Assembly: GCA_038143065.1 (NCBI GenBank)
Contig: JAYQLI010000035.1
Location: 2,400,894 to 2,464,893 of the forward strand
Source of the DNA: Rhodospirillales bacterium
Lineage (GTDB): Bacteria; Pseudomonadota; Alphaproteobacteria; Bin95
Reading direction: 5' to 3'
Length of the DNA stretch: 64,000 nucleotides
Shown here: positions 1 to 11,879 of the stretch, one piece after another
Numbering within the stretch: position 1 is the stretch's first letter
Layout of the letters: the number at the start of each line of letters is the position of its first letter
Translations under genes and position numbers: made by a program
Notes under the pieces: generated by a model
Databases searched by the model: none
Seen by the model: the letters and a program-made list of their open reading frames with translations, nothing else
Told to the model about the DNA's origin: nothing

Positions 1-480
1 GGGCGCCATCTCGATGGCCAGGCAAAATTTGCTCTTGAGTGTGGTATTCCAGAGGCAAAAGTTGCCTTTAATGGCGATGTTATGTGTTTGGCTGGAGGCG
101 ACTTCGAGCAACGTGGTGAAGTTAAGGTCGGGCGAGTTGGAATAGATGGAGATGCGCGTGTCAGTTTGACTGGCAATGGCATTAAAGAGCGCCGGAGGAT
201 GCGGTTAGAAGGAGTGGCACTCATCACTATTGCATTAGAAGCCCAAGGAGAACTCTTGGCTGACAGCATGGTAACGCTAGCTGGTCTTGATGTGAGTGAT
301 AACGCTGAAATTCTGGATGATATCGAAGAAGCAATAGACGAGGCTGTTGAGGATCTTGCTATGAAAGCTCGCCGCGATGACGCCGTTGTCGAAAATGCTG
401 CTCGTTCTGCGCTGCGTAAGGCGTTGCGAAAGCACACAGGTAAGCGTCCACAAATCAATGTTCACATTGTGAGAATTTAG
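1..480 (+). CDS. rnj: Ribonuclease J, C-terminal part (5' truncated by window edge)
   Basis: Frame open from base 1: GRHLDGQAKFALECGIPEAKVAFNGDVM...IDG...ERRRM...TGKRPQINVHIVRI matches the alphaproteobacterial RNase J C-terminus. Confidence 0.85.
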   Translation, partial: GRHLDGQAKFALECGIPEAKVAFNGDVMCLAGGDFEQRGEVKVGRVGIDGDARVSLTGNGIKERRRMRLEGVALITIALEAQGELLADSMVTLAGLDVSDNAEILDDIEEAIDEAVEDLAMKARRDDAVVENAARSALRKALRKHTGKRPQINVHIVRI

Positions 481-1088
481 TTTTTTCTAATTAAATTCTT
501 CAGTCCTTCAGCTATCTCTTCGGGCGATGTGTTTGTTCTAAAATGTCTAACATATTTACCTGCTGTATCCATTACGTAGGTATAAGCACTATGAGATACT
601 AGGTAGTTATCGTCTGTATTGTTATCCTGCTTGGCATAGTAAACTCTGAATGATCGTGCAGCCTCACGAATTTGTTCTGCTGAGCCTGTAAGCCCAAGTA
701 TGTTCGGGTGAAAAGCTGCCGCGTATTCACCAACTACTTTTTGGGTGTCACGTTGTGGATCAACTGTGACAAACAGCACCTGTACATTTTTGAGCTTCTC
801 TTTCTTCAAAATATCAAGTGCATCAGCAATATTAGCTAGGTCAACTGGACAGACATCTGGGCAGAAAGTGAAGCCAAAGTAGACGAGACTAATTTTACCG
901 AGGAGTACTTTTTCTGAAACTGTGACCCCCTCTCCATTTACAAGGGTGAAGGGACCTCCAACCGTTGGTTGACCAATGAGACCGCCAGTCTCACTCGGGC
1001 CTTCATCAATTACTTTGACAGCCACAATAGCTATGCTGACAGCAATCAGCATCAGTAATCCAGATATTCCATAAATTAACCAGCGCAT
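477..1088 (-). CDS. SCO1/SenC family copper chaperone
   Basis: N-terminal TM helix, GGPFTL, FGFTFCPDVCP (CxxxC), VDPQRD, and conserved His in YLVSHS. Confidence 0.93.
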   Translation of the reverse strand: MRWLIYGISGLLMLIAVSIAIVAVKVIDEGPSETGGLIGQPTVGGPFTLVNGEGVTVSEKVLLGKISLVYFGFTFCPDVCPVDLANIADALDILKKEKLKNVQVLFVTVDPQRDTQKVVGEYAAAFHPNILGLTGSAEQIREAARSFRVYYAKQDNNTDDNYLVSHSAYTYVMDTAGKYVRHFRTNTSPEEIAEGLKNLIRKN

Positions 1089-1091
1089 GGT

Positions 1092-2119
1092 TTATCGATG
1101 CCTTTGGGTGGTGGCGGCTTGTGCAACGTCATAACATGCTTTCCAGAGTGCAAGATTAGCATCCGAACCCGTTTGTTTTACCTCTATTTCTGCCCTCAAC
1201 ATTCGATCTATTGCTAGTGAAAGACGTTGTCGAGACCAAATTCGTGCTTGCTCCTGAAATGCTGTTTTGCGTTTAAAAAAGATTGGGGGCGGATACTGGC
1301 GAGAGCAGGTTCGAGCCCAGAAGTTTCGGCTTTGGCTACTACTGCACGGAGTTTGGTTAAATGCCCTATCATGGAACGAATTACAGTGATTGGTTGTGTG
1401 TTCGCTGCCGTTAATCGGTCTAGTGCCCGATGGCTACTTGTAATGTCACCGGCTGCAGTCGCGTAAACTAAATCATCCACACTGGTTGAGCCAGCATCAC
1501 CAATAGCGTCGACTGCATCTTCTAGATCAAGCTTTCCAATTTTACCGATATAGAGCAGGAGTTTTTCAATTTCGGAGCGTGTTGATGCTCTGTCCGCACC
1601 CAGACGATTAATAACATAGGAACGCGCATCTGGAGTTAATGATATGTTTTCTTGTTTTAGTGTTTGGTCCAGCAGAACAGCTAAAGTGCGACCTTCATCC
1701 GCATAACATGGAATGGCAGCGCCAGTCTTTGATGCTTCAAACATCTTTACCATTGCGGAGTCTCGGCGAAGTGGACCAGCCTCTGCTATGATCAATCCAT
1801 CGCCTGAGGGTTCTTGTATTGTTTCTGAAATCAGTCGTGCGTGGTCCCCGGTAATTCCCCGAAGTCTAATCAAACGCCTTCCCCCACCGAAAGGCATGGC
1901 AGCTTGTTCATCTGATAGACGAGATGGGTCTGCTGTTAAATTTGATACGTCTAACGTTGTGACGCGAAAGGGATCATTTAGATCATCGACAACAGTCTCT
2001 GCGAGTTTTTTAGCAAGTTCCCGGACTTGGCCTGCGTCTTCTCCATAAATCAGGCAGCTACACAGTTCCTGAGGAGGCATTGAGAGAAACCGTTCTATGT
2101 CGCGAGGTGCTACCTTCAT
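1092..2119 (-). CDS. holA: DNA polymerase III delta subunit (frameshift near 1287 rejoined)
   Basis: LIYGEDAG, CYADEGR and SEIEKLLLY motifs; lies after leuS-lptE. Adding one C to the C5 run restores IRPPIFFKRKTAFQEQARIWS... ending at TAA 1092-1094. Confidence 0.9.
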
Positions 2120-2125
2120 GGATGA

Positions 2126-2614
2126 TTAGTTGCCCCCAAGCTTTGCGGTAACTTCAACACTAATCATGTTGGCTAGCCTTCTGGCAGATCGTTCTCTAGC
2201 TGCGCGTTCTGCCGTTAAGTTGGAAAAATCAGAGGCAAAGACATTGAAGGTTTCAAATACACTTACTGTTCCACGTAATGGCTTTTCTTTATCTTCGGCG
2301 GCTAAGCGGAACAGGTGCCAGGATGCGGTTATTGTCATTCTTTGTCTTGTTACGTCGCCAGCTGAGTCTATGGCCACTACATTCATCTTTTCCGAGAGTT
2401 TGACCTCCAAACGGTGGGTTGTTGATCCTTTGAAGATAAAGGATCGTCGGAGTGCTGCTCGCAGCACCTGTCCTTCGTGCTCGAGAATTGGCATCACTTC
2501 TATGGCATGTTCGCTGTGTTTTTTGTCTTCACCCTGCCCATAAAGGGGTTCAAAGCCACAGGCAGATAGCGCAGCAGCTAGCAACGCTATCCCTATTAAT
2601 CTATGCAACCACAT
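2126..2614 (-). CDS. lptE: LPS assembly lipoprotein LptE
   Basis: Lipobox LSAC followed by GFEPLYG; conserved position between leuS and holA. Confidence 0.85.
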   Translation of the reverse strand: MWLHRLIGIALLAAALSACGFEPLYGQGEDKKHSEHAIEVMPILEHEGQVLRAALRRSFIFKGSTTHRLEVKLSEKMNVVAIDSAGDVTRQRMTITASWHLFRLAAEDKEKPLRGTVSVFETFNVFASDFSNLTAERAARERSARRLANMISVEVTAKLGGN

Positions 2615-5165
2615 TTACTATACGATTTGGTACTACGATGACTTTTCGGGGAGATTTCCCACCAAGATTTCTAACTATGTTGGGCTCCGATAATGCCATT
2701 GTTTCTAATTCTTCTTTGGGTAAATCACGCGCTACTTCAATAGATGCACGAAGTTTTCCATTTACCTGAATTGCGATGGTTACGCTATCATCAACTAGGA
2801 GAGAGGCATCTGCCTTTGGCCAGGGGGCGTCTGCTAGAAGAGTTTCGTGACCAAGTTTAGACCACATCTCTTCGGCTATATGGGGGGTGATTGGCCCAAC
2901 AAGCCGGACAAGTGCTTCAACCCCTTCTCTATATGTATTGGCAATATCTGCGCTATCACCTTTAGCATCTACCAGAGCATTGGTCAGCTCGCGTATCCGA
3001 GCAACAGCACGGTTGAAGTGGAATTTTTCCAGATCTTCCGTAACCCCGTCGATTGTCTTATGGGTTTGGCGACGAAGATCATTTGCTAATTCACCGTAGT
3101 TTGAAGACGCGTCGCATTTATCTAGCTTAACTGGAGGGGCGTCTATTAGACGCCAGAGCCGGTTTATATATCGCCAAGCACCTTCAACACCTGCTTCAGT
3201 CCACTCTAAATCTCTATCAGGCGGGCTATCGGACATCATAAAAAGACGTGCAGTGTCTGCGCCATAAGTCGAAAGTATAGCCTCAGGGTCGACTACATTT
3301 TTCTTTGACTTTGACATTTTCTCGGATCGGCCAACTACAACTTTGTCGCCGTTTTTTAATTCAACAGCTGTGTCACCGTCCTTTTCAATGTCATCAGGCG
3401 TTAGCCAACGACCATCTGTGGATCGGTAAGTTTCGTGGCAGACCATGCCTTGAGTGAATAGGCCAGAAAAGGGTTCTCCAGACTCTAGTTTGACGAAGCC
3501 ACAATCCCTCAATGCTCGCATAAAGAAGCGAGAATAGAGGAGGTGTAGGACAGCATGCTCAACACCGCCAACATATTGATCAACCGGCATCCAATACTCA
3601 TGTGCGGTTTCGTCAAAGGCGCTGTTGGAATTCTTAGGAGAGGTGAACCGGGAAAAATACCACGAACTTTCAAAGAATGTATCAAAGGTATCGGTTTCGC
3701 GGGTGGCGGGCTTTTTGCAGCTTGGGCAGTCAACATGTTTCCAGGTTGGATGACGTTCTAAAGGATTGCCTGGCTGATCAAAGGTTACGTCTTCAGGTAA
3801 GATTACTGGTAATTGATCGTCAGGTACTGGAACTGTTCCACAATTCACACAATGGATCATGGGAACTGGGCATCCCCAATATCTCTGGCGTGAAACGCCC
3901 CAATCTCTCAGGCGATACACGGTTGAGGAAAAACCGGAGCCTCGAGCTTCAAGGTGTTTTGCAACAGAAGCTTTTGCAGTTTCTATATCCATGCCATCGA
4001 GAAAGCCTGAGTTATAGATTTTCCCTGGTCCGGTGTAGGCCTCATTTTCTATGGAAAAGGTTTCAGCATTTTCACCAGGAGGCAGGACTACTGGCAATAC
4101 TGGGAGGTTGTATTTTCTCGCGAAGTCTAAGTCTCGTTGATCATGAGCAGGACAGCCAAAAATGGCACCAGATCCATATTCCATGAGAACAAAGTTGGCT
4201 ATGAAAACTGGAATTTCGAGATCAGGAATGATTGGATGCTTGGCCTTCAGGCCAGTGTCGTAGCCTTGTTTTTCAGCCTTTTCTATTGCTGCTTCTGAAG
4301 TGCCGAGGCGTCGGCATTCTTCTATAAAATTTGTGGCTTTATGATCGGTTGCTGCTATTTCTGCAGCTAGGGGATGATCAGGAGAAATTGCACAGAAGGA
4401 AGCGCCGTAGAGAGTATCTGGTCTAGTAGTGAAAACCTCTAATTTTTCTTCCCGATTGATAAGACTGAAAAATACACGTGCTCCTGTCGATCGACCTATC
4501 CAATTTTCTTGCATTAGTCGAACACGGTCTGGCCATCGGTCCAAAGATCCAATAGCTTCTAGAAGATCATCGGCGTAGGCGGTGATTTTCAGAAACCACT
4601 GAGCTAATTTGCGACGCTCAACTGTTGCTCCCGACCTCCAGCCTTTACCATCAATCACCTGTTCATTAGCTAAAACAGTATTTTCAACGGGATCCCAATT
4701 CACCCAACTTTCGCGTTTGTAAGCTAGGCCATGTTTAGCAAATGCAATGAACATGCGTTGTTCATGTTCATAGTATTCAGGGTCGCATGTTGCGAACTCT
4801 CGATCCCAATCATAGGCCAGCCCCATGCTCTTGAGTTGGCTGCGCATGGTTGCAATATTCTCATAGGTCCACTTCGCGGGATGAACCTTGGCATCGAATG
4901 CAGCATTCTCGGCGGGTAGCCCAAACGCATCCCATCCCATAGGATGAAGCACATTATAACCTTGGGCGCGTTTATAACGCGCTACAACATCACCTAATGT
5001 AAAGTTCCGGACATGACCCATGTGAATTCGACCAGATGGGTATGGAAACATTTCAAGCACGTAGTACTTGGGTCGAGACGGGTCTACTTCGCTTTTGAAG
5101 ACTCCCTGCGTTTCCCAAACTTCACGCCATTTAGGCTCGGTTTCGGCGACATTATAACGCGCCAT
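2601..5165 (-). CDS. leuS: Leucine--tRNA ligase
   Basis: [13 protein letters not shown] (HIGH), KMSKS, editing-domain TTRPDT and PAHDQRD; 854 aa. Confidence 0.99.
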   Translation of the reverse strand: MARYNVAETEPKWREVWETQGVFKSEVDPSRPKYYVLEMFPYPSGRIHMGHVRNFTLGDVVARYKRAQGYNVLHPMGWDAFGLPAENAAFDAKVHPAKWTYENIATMRSQLKSMGLAYDWDREFATCDPEYYEHEQRMFIAFAKHGLAYKRESWVNWDPVENTVLANEQVIDGKGWRSGATVERRKLAQWFLKITAYADDLLEAIGSLDRWPDRVRLMQENWIGRSTGARVFFSLINREEKLEVFTTRPDTLYGASFCAISPDHPLAAEIAATDHKATNFIEECRRLGTSEAAIEKAEKQGYDTGLKAKHPIIPDLEIPVFIANFVLMEYGSGAIFGCPAHDQRDLDFARKYNLPVLPVVLPPGENAETFSIENEAYTGPGKIYNSGFLDGMDIETAKASVAKHLEARGSGFSSTVYRLRDWGVSRQRYWGCPVPMIHCVNCGTVPVPDDQLPVILPEDVTFDQPGNPLERHPTWKHVDCPSCKKPATRETDTFDTFFESSWYFSRFTSPKNSNSAFDETAHEYWMPVDQYVGGVEHAVLHLLYSRFFMRALRDCGFVKLESGEPFSGLFTQGMVCHETYRSTDGRWLTPDDIEKDGDTAVELKNGDKVVVGRSEKMSKSKKNVVDPEAILSTYGADTARLFMMSDSPPDRDLEWTEAGVEGAWRYINRLWRLIDAPPVKLDKCDASSNYGELANDLRRQTHKTIDGVTEDLEKFHFNRAVARIRELTNALVDAKGDSADIANTYREGVEALVRLVGPITPHIAEEMWSKLGHETLLADAPWPKADASLLVDDSVTIAIQVNGKLRASIEVARDLPKEELETMALSEPNIVRNLGGKSPRKVIVVPNRIVNVVA

Positions 5166-5266
5166 TATCTGTGCTCCGAATTTACTTGCTTCGCTGGATT
5201 GGCGAGGCTTATTTGAACGTCCAATGAAGCCAGCACTGGGCTGACAGTCAAGCTTGGGGCCACTTT

Positions 5267-5818
5267 TTAGCGGTTTCCTCGAATTGCAGCGGCAGATAAT
5301 CGAAGTTCGCGGGCCCGCTCTAAAATTCTATTTTCAATGTTGATTGTTGTTTTGGTTTCAGTGGTTGCAGTGCGCCAAACGCCATCTTTCTCTGTTTCTT
5401 TGAATATAGCCACCCTAAGGCCGTCTGCTCGCAACTGCCGATCCAGTATGAATATGTTCAACTTGAAACGTTCGTTTGGGGTTTCAGGTGGCGAGTACCA
5501 ATCTGTAAGGATTACGCCGCCAAACGGATCTGCAGACGAGAGAGGCATGAAAGAAACAGTATCTAATGCAGCTCGCCACAGGAAGCTGTTTACTGCTATT
5601 CCTGAGCCTGCTCCACCACCTTCTTTATCCTCACTTCCCCCACCAAACAGATTAAATGAGCCGTCGAATATACCTTTGTCTTGACTGGTGTCATAACCAT
5701 CGCCACCACCTCTTTGTATACGTTTGGAGGATGGGTAAACTGTGTTGTCAGACAGGTCGGCGCCACAAGCCGTCAGTGCTAATCCAGCTGCTACAAATAA
5801 GATAAAATGGGATCGCAT
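5267..5818 (-). CDS. DUF3576-family lipoprotein
   Basis: Start reassigned to ATG 5818 (MRSHF...LTAC lipobox). [33 protein letters not shown] is typical of DUF3576, which usually lies upstream of leuS. Confidence 0.85.
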   Translation of the reverse strand: MRSHFILFVAAGLALTACGADLSDNTVYPSSKRIQRGGGDGYDTSQDKGIFDGSFNLFGGGSEDKEGGGAGSGIAVNSFLWRAALDTVSFMPLSSADPFGGVILTDWYSPPETPNERFKLNIFILDRQLRADGLRVAIFKETEKDGVWRTATTETKTTINIENRILERARELRLSAAAIRGNR

Positions 5819-5964
5819 AAGCGCGTCCTTCAGTGTTGGCGAATAAACTATATTTAACGATAAAGTTGCCAGCTTTGAAGACCTGAAATATTCAGCATGG
5901 CGAGGCTCAAGATACAACGCTATCATGCACATCTAAATTTTAGACTTAGGAGCAATATTCCCCC

Positions 5965-6912
5965 ATGAGCCTTAAAGTTGCCATACAAATGGATCCGATC
6001 GAAAATATCGACATCAATGGCGACTCAACGTTCGTCATGGGGCTAGAAGCTCAATCACGTGGTCACTCTATATGGCACTATTTGCCAACAGCTCTCTCTC
6101 TGCGTGATGGGCGTGTTACGGCTCAAGCTCGACGATTAGAGCTTAGAAGAGAGATTGGAAGTCACTTTACGTTAGCTGATTTTGAGCCAATTGACCTGGC
6201 TGAAGTAGATGTAGTTCTTATGCGCCAGGATCCACCTTTTGATATGGCGTACATAACCGCTACTCATGTTCTTGAGCACATTCACCCGAAAACACTTGTG
6301 GTCAATGATCCTGCCCAGGTCAGGAATGCTCCAGAAAAACTTTTTGTCACACACTTCGAAGGAGTTATGCCCCCAACTCTTATTACCTCTGATCTTTCTG
6401 CGATTGTTGATTTTCGTGAAGAGCATGAGGACATCATTATTAAACCGCTTTTTGGTAATGGTGGAGCAGGCGTTTTTCATCTACAGCCGGGGGATGAGAA
6501 CCTGTCATCCCTGCATGAACTGTTCAGTCATTTCTATAGGGAGCCATTAATTGCCCAGCGCTATCTTCCTGAAGTGAGGGAGGGTGACAAACGAATTATA
6601 TTGATTGATGGAGAGCCAGCTGGTGCTATCGATCGTGTTCCTGCCGCTGGTGAGGCTCGAGCTAATATGCATGTAGGTGGTAGAGCCGTTAAAGCAGGCC
6701 TTTCTGCTCGAGATATTGAAATTTGTAATATAATTGGCCCTTCTCTCAGAGAGCGTGGTTTGCTGTTTGTTGGCATAGATGTGATCGGAGATTATTTGAC
6801 TGAAATCAATGTCACCTCGCCAACCGGCCTTCAGGAGATTAATGCTTTTGATGATACAAGGTTGGAAGCGCAGATTTGGGATGCAATAGAAGCTAAAATT
6901 AGATCGAGGTGA
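5965..6912 (+). CDS. gshB: Glutathione synthetase
   Basis: [36 protein letters not shown] motifs; AGGAG RBS. Confidence 0.98.
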   Translation: MSLKVAIQMDPIENIDINGDSTFVMGLEAQSRGHSIWHYLPTALSLRDGRVTAQARRLELRREIGSHFTLADFEPIDLAEVDVVLMRQDPPFDMAYITATHVLEHIHPKTLVVNDPAQVRNAPEKLFVTHFEGVMPPTLITSDLSAIVDFREEHEDIIIKPLFGNGGAGVFHLQPGDENLSSLHELFSHFYREPLIAQRYLPEVREGDKRIILIDGEPAGAIDRVPAAGEARANMHVGGRAVKAGLSARDIEICNIIGPSLRERGLLFVGIDVIGDYLTEINVTSPTGLQEINAFDDTRLEAQIWDAIEAKIRSR

Positions 6913-6958
6913 TTCTGTCGCGGGGTAAACCTTGCTCTCAGTACTCATTTCGTTATCC

Positions 6959-6990
6959 AGTCCCATTTTTAAGGATGGGGACTTGGCTTT
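6959..6990 (+). terminator. Possible hairpin/terminator after gshB
   Basis: AGTCCCAT...ATGGGGACT stem with one bulge, followed by only a short TTT tract. Confidence 0.3.
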
Positions 6991-7139
6991 AGTCACGAAA
7001 AAGTACGTATCGAATGACTCTGAACGGGATGCTCTGAAAACATATATTAGGAAACGGAACAAACAATTTTAGAGAAGTGCTTTCTCCTCGACTGTTACGA
7101 GTCTAATATTAATCAAACATTATTTTTTGAGGCTGTGAA

Positions 7140-7721
7140 ATGACCCAAGGTGTAAATCGTCAAGAGGCAATTCCCGCTCTATTAGCTGACCATGATGACA
7201 TGCTCATCGTGACAGGCTTAGCTGGCTCTGCCAAAGATATAGGTGCCCTTACGAAGGATGGAGATCACACCTTTACTATGGCAGGTGCGATGGGCGGAGC
7301 TACTGCTATGGGGCTTGGCCTGGCTTTGGCCCAGCCAGATAAAAAGGTGGTTGTCGTTACAGGCGATGGTGAGTTGTTAATGAATATGTCGTCCCTGGCG
7401 ACAGTAGCGGTTGCCAAGGCGCCTAACTTACACATCATCTGTGTAGATAACGGCCACTATCAAGAAACGGGCAACCAAGAGAGTCATACCTCAAAAGGCG
7501 TAGATCTTGCGGCGGTAGCTTCTGGATCTGGTATTAAGACCTGCAGAACTGTTACAGCTATGGACGAAGTGGAAGATGCAAGACGTCTTTTAGCCGGAGC
7601 TAATGACACTTGTTTTATCCATCTAAAAATAGACGGGACACCTCCACCTGTATTCAAGCGTGATTTGGATGCAGCAAATGTAAAGACGCGTTTTCGCCGT
7701 CTAGTTCTTGGCCACGCCTGA
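7140..7721 (+). CDS. ThDP-dependent decarboxylase beta-subunit-like protein (sulfopyruvate/phosphonopyruvate decarboxylase ComE-like)
   Basis: GAMGGA..GLGLALAQP, GDGELLMN...DNGHY ThDP/Mg motif; only the PP-binding half is present (193 aa). Confidence 0.8.
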   Translation: MTQGVNRQEAIPALLADHDDMLIVTGLAGSAKDIGALTKDGDHTFTMAGAMGGATAMGLGLALAQPDKKVVVVTGDGELLMNMSSLATVAVAKAPNLHIICVDNGHYQETGNQESHTSKGVDLAAVASGSGIKTCRTVTAMDEVEDARRLLAGANDTCFIHLKIDGTPPPVFKRDLDAANVKTRFRRLVLGHA

Positions 7722-7725
7722 TTTT

Positions 7726-8598
7726 ATGTCTTCGCTGAACATCCAGCCACTTCATAAAAGTTTTGGAGTAAGTGCGACTGGCATCGATTTGTCTGGCGAT
7801 TTAGCTGACGAATTTGTTGATCAGATCTGGGGTCTGATAGACGAATACTCGTTCGTTGTGTTTCCTGGTCAAGACGGTTTCAATGACGATAAGCATCTTG
7901 GTTTCACACGTCTCCTGGGTTCTCCCGAGCCAAGCCACGTAGCCAAGGGCGAAGAGGGTAAGCTTGAGTATTTTGGTACAATTGGGAATGTTCAGCCAGA
8001 CGGAACAGCTCTCGGTAATGAGCATCGAAAAACCAAGTTTCTCACTGGAAATAATCTTTGGCATTCAGATGCCTCGTTTAAGCCTGTACCAGCGGCGTTA
8101 TCAGTTATGTGTGCTTATGAAACTCCTTCAGAAGGGGGGCAGACGCTTTTTGCATCCACACGCTCTGCTTACGCGCAACTGGATGCTGATCTAAAGAATA
8201 AGCTGGATCCAATGGTAGGGATCCATGACTACACATTTTCGAGATCAAAAGTGTCTCCTGACGCAGTTTCACCATCACTTTCGGCCTCTCTACCTCCAGT
8301 CAGGCAGAAACTTGTTAGGACCAACCCGACCAATAAACTTAAAAATCTTTTTATTGGATCTCATGTTGGAGAGATTGAAGGCTTGGGATTCGATGAGAGT
8401 CGAGCACTCCTTGACCAGCTGGTTGAGCTTTCAGTGCATGAAGAGAACATAGTCACACATGCTTGGCAGCCTGGTGACCTTGTCATTTGGGATAACCGCT
8501 GCTTGATACATCGTGGTGCTGGCTATGATGCAGACAAGTATCGTCGTCTGATGCGTCAAACGAGGGTCGCAGGGACGGCTTCAAGTTTAGAAGAATAG
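7726..8598 (+). CDS. TauD/TfdA family Fe(II)/2-oxoglutarate dioxygenase
   Basis: GNNLWHSDASF (HxD), GGQTLFA and WDNRCLIHRG motifs; ATG at 7726. Confidence 0.92.
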   Translation: MSSLNIQPLHKSFGVSATGIDLSGDLADEFVDQIWGLIDEYSFVVFPGQDGFNDDKHLGFTRLLGSPEPSHVAKGEEGKLEYFGTIGNVQPDGTALGNEHRKTKFLTGNNLWHSDASFKPVPAALSVMCAYETPSEGGQTLFASTRSAYAQLDADLKNKLDPMVGIHDYTFSRSKVSPDAVSPSLSASLPPVRQKLVRTNPTNKLKNLFIGSHVGEIEGLGFDESRALLDQLVELSVHEENIVTHAWQPGDLVIWDNRCLIHRGAGYDADKYRRLMRQTRVAGTASSLEE

Positions 8599-8666
8599 GG
8601 TTAAGATTTTCCAATATTCACAGTAATCCTACTTTTCTCGATGGAATCCTGCTTGCATGCTTGCCG

Positions 8667-9113
8667 TCACAATTTTCGCAAGGGATCATTCAGGAGATTC
8701 AGGCGATAAGCAGCAGTCCTCGCAAAGCGCGTTAAAATGGCCTTTCGCCTTGCAGCGCTTACGGGTGAAGGCTGGGCTTGGCTAATCAATGAACCAGTGA
8801 ATTGATCTACTCTCATAAAGCCTTGATGGGCTGGTATCAATTCGTCAGGAAAACTCTCAGGAACGGCAAAGTAAAATTGGTCGCAATACTCTAGATAAGA
8901 TTGCCATTTTTGGTCGGATAAAAAATCATTTCGGCTACTTTTGACCTCTACAGCAATTAATGAAGCGTCTTTTCCCACACCGAAAACATCGACCCGCCTT
9001 CCAGAGGCAAGCGTGAATTCCGTGAGAGGCGCATAGCCAAGATCAGTTAGCAGCCTAGCGGCGCCTCGAGCTAAGAGAATTCCTGTTTGCGTTTTCTTAT
9101 CGTTACTTTGCAA
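8667..9113 (-). CDS. mmcB: MmcB family DNA repair putative endonuclease
   Basis: EFTLASGRRVD, VEVKSSRNDFLSDQKW, YCDQFYFAVP, AARRKA motifs. Confidence 0.9.
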   Translation of the reverse strand: MQSNDKKTQTGILLARGAARLLTDLGYAPLTEFTLASGRRVDVFGVGKDASLIAVEVKSSRNDFLSDQKWQSYLEYCDQFYFAVPESFPDELIPAHQGFMRVDQFTGSLISQAQPSPVSAARRKAILTRFARTAAYRLNLLNDPLRKL

Positions 9114-9199
9114 TTTGTTGGCCGGAAGTGTTTTTATGTTGTCTTAAAATCTTCTAAAAATTCAGCTTTTTATTTTACCCCATTCTACGCATGCGAGTT

Positions 9200-9468
9200 T
9201 TAATCACTGGGCGCCTTGAGTTCTAAGGAGAGCGCATGAATTGGGCCTGCCAATTCATCGGCCAGCACTGCATAGACAAGTCTTTGGCGCTGTACTCTAT
9301 TTTGACCCTCAAATTTTGAAGAGACTAGTCTAACGTGAAAATGTGTTTCGCCACCTTCACGGTGCCCCACGTGACCACGATGACTTTCTGATTGATCCTC
9401 TATTTCTAATAGCTGGGGGAAAATAGATCGTTAAGTTTTGATCGAATATTTTCTGTAATGATGCCCAT
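9200..9468 (-). CDS. bolA: BolA family protein (absent from ORF track; frameshift in C5 run near 9417)
   Basis: Manual translation: MGIITENIRSKLNDLFS[P]QLLEIEDQSESHRGHVGHREGGETHFHVRLVSSKFEGQNRVQRQRLVYAVLADELAGPIHALSLELKAPSD*; GGAG RBS; 269 nt, one base short of 270. Confidence 0.92.
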
Positions 9469-9485
9469 AAAAGCTCCCTGTAATT

Positions 9486-11561
9486 TTACCCAACTCGGGC
9501 GTATCTTGCTGCTGCGTCTCGTTCAAAAAGATATAGTAACGTGCGAAGAGCTTGCGCCCTAGACGATTTTAATTCTGGGTCTTTAGCTATAATTAAATCT
9601 ACGTCTCGACGAGCAATGGCGACTAGATCCGACTGAGTGTCCAAATTGGCTATTCGGAATTGAGGTAAACCACTTTGTCTGGTTCCAAGAACTTCTCCTG
9701 CCCCCCGGAGACGTAAATCTTCTTCAGCAATTTTAAACCCATCATCTGTAGTAGATACTGCAAGTAGCCGCTGTTTGGCTGCCTCAGAAATTCTGTCAGC
9801 TCGAAGTAATAGGCAGAAAGATTGCTTTTCACCTCGGCCAACACGACCTCGCAATTGGTGTAATTGTGCGAGCCCAAACCTCTCGGCATGCTCAATCACA
9901 ATGATGGTTGCCTCAGGCACGTCTACGCCTACTTCCACTACTGTGGTGGCAACCAAGAGTCGTGCTTCGCCTGATGCAAACCTAGCCATTGCAGAGTCTC
10001 TTTCATGGGATTTCATCTGACCATGGGCAAGCGCTACTTGGTCACCAAAATGCGCACGTAGGCTCTCGGCTCTTGCTTCAGCGGCCGCAAGGTCTGACAC
10101 CTCAGACTCCTCAACAAGAGGACATATCCAATACACGCGCTCACCCCGTCCTATAGCACGACCAATGCCATCAATTACGTCATCGATACGCCCTAGTGGG
10201 GTTACTGTCGTTTTTATGGTTTGACGGCCTGGGGGTTTTTCAGGGATCGCGATATGGTCCATATCCCCATAAGCTGTGAGCATAAGGGTCCGTGGAATAG
10301 GGTCGCGGTCATCGCAAGCATATGTGGAGCGAGACCTTTAGCAGAAAGGGCCATCCGTTGGTCCACACCAAAACGATGCTGCTCATCTACTACTATTAAC
10401 GCTAGATCTTTGAAGTTGACGCTATTTTGAAATAAGGCGTGAGTTCCAATAAGGAGATCAATTTCGCCAGCCATTAACGCTATCAGCGTTGCTTCTCGAG
10501 ATTTCCCTTTATCGCGTCCAGTTAATACAGCGACACGAATCCCAATTTTTTCACCCAGCATCTGGAGGGTGCGTCCATGCTGTCGCGCAAGAACATCAGT
10601 GGGTGCCATTAATGTTGCTTGCGCTCCTGCTTCAATAACCGCGAGGCATGCTAGGAATGCGACAACTGTTTTCCCGCTCCCAACATCTCCTTGAAGCAGG
10701 CGTTGCATTCTTCTCCCTGACTTCATGTCACCAAGAATTTCTGAAAGCGCAACAAATTGGCCATTTGTCAGTTTAAATGGGAGAGCATCTAGGGCTGTTG
10801 AAAGTTTTTCATTAGAAAGAGTTAGTGACCGTCCTTTAAGGTGCACGCGCCGTTGACGAATGAGAGCCAGAGCTAGCTGATTGGCCAGTATTTCATCGTA
10901 AGCGAGCCGTTCACGAGGGGTGAACTTGGTTCTAGGTCTTCTAAAGTTTTTGGAGAATGGGCTGCTGTAAGAGCTGTCTTCCAGCTTGGCCACTTATACT
11001 TTTCAAGAAGACTCTATCTAACCATTCTGGGAGGTCTGGAGCTTTGGTAAGGGCCTCTGTGACTGCTTTCCTTAAAGTTTTGGGCGCTAACCCAGCCGTC
11101 ATTGGATAAACAGGCTCATGATTTGGCAACTCTTTTTCTTGCCCGGGCACAATTATGTAATCTGGGTGTGAAATCTGAAGTCGATCTTTAAATTTTTCCA
11201 AATGCCCTGAAATAACGCGCTTCTCACCCACAGGGAGCTGCTTGTTCAGCCATTCTTTTCGAGCATGAAAAAATACAAGGTCAATTGCTCCAGTTCCATC
11301 GCTTGCCTTCACCCGTGTCGGGCTTCGACCGTGACCATAGCGATGTTGAAGTACTTCTATATCTAATGTGGCAATCCGGCCGTGTTCAGCCATTGCGATT
11401 TTTGGGTGATAACTTCGGTCAATAACGCCTGTTGGAAGGTTCAAACAAAGATCAATTACATTTTGACCGGCTGCCTTAGCTATTAACTCAGCCACGCGCG
11501 GCCCAACACCTTTCAATGTGGTGACTGAATGAAAAAGCTGAAAAAGGACTTCTGGCCGCAC
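9486..11561 (-). CDS. recG: ATP-dependent DNA helicase RecG (three apparent frameshifts near 11000, 10918 and 10300)
   Basis: LLQGDVGSGKT, DEQHRFG, MTAT[P]IPRT, QLRGRVGRG and DLRLRGAGE motifs spread over three overlapping ORFs; each break lies in a short homopolymer. Confidence 0.95.
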
Positions 11562-11621
11562 TCGTATTGCTCCCTTGCCAACGATATATCCTAATACTTA
11601 GTAAGAACAGGAACGACCCCT

Positions 11622-11879
11622 ATGTCTGAAAATGATCGTCGTAAGCGCTTGCGCTACCGTGCTTGGCACCGTGGTACAAAGGAAAGCGACATAATTTTAG
11701 GAACTTTTGCGGATGCAAAACTCCCATCATTAGAAAATGATGGCTTAGATGCTTTTGAGGCGCTTTTGGATGTCCCTGATCCTGTAATCTATGACTGGGT
11801 TACTGGTCGCGTTCCTGTCCCAGATGAGATGGATACGCCTCTTATCAGGGAGCTTCTGGCATTCAAGATCAATCTTTGA
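11622..11879 (+). CDS. sdhE: Succinate dehydrogenase assembly factor 2 (SdhE)
   Basis: RLRYRAWHRGTKESD (RGxxE) motif; conserved recG/sdhE-mfd arrangement. Confidence 0.92.
   Translation: MSENDRRKRLRYRAWHRGTKESDIILGTFADAKLPSLENDGLDAFEALLDVPDPVIYDWVTGRVPVPDEMDTPLIRELLAFKINL

Noticed and set aside
6547-7062. 171-aa antisense ORF over the gshB 3' end, and the many other 60-170 aa antisense ORFs in the track
   Set aside because: They are shadows of well-supported genes on the opposite strand or frame and have no recognisable motifs.
9114-9199. LexA box upstream of mmcB
   Set aside because: The best match, GTTT-TTATGTT-GTCT, departs too far from the alphaproteobacterial GTTC-N7-GTTC consensus.
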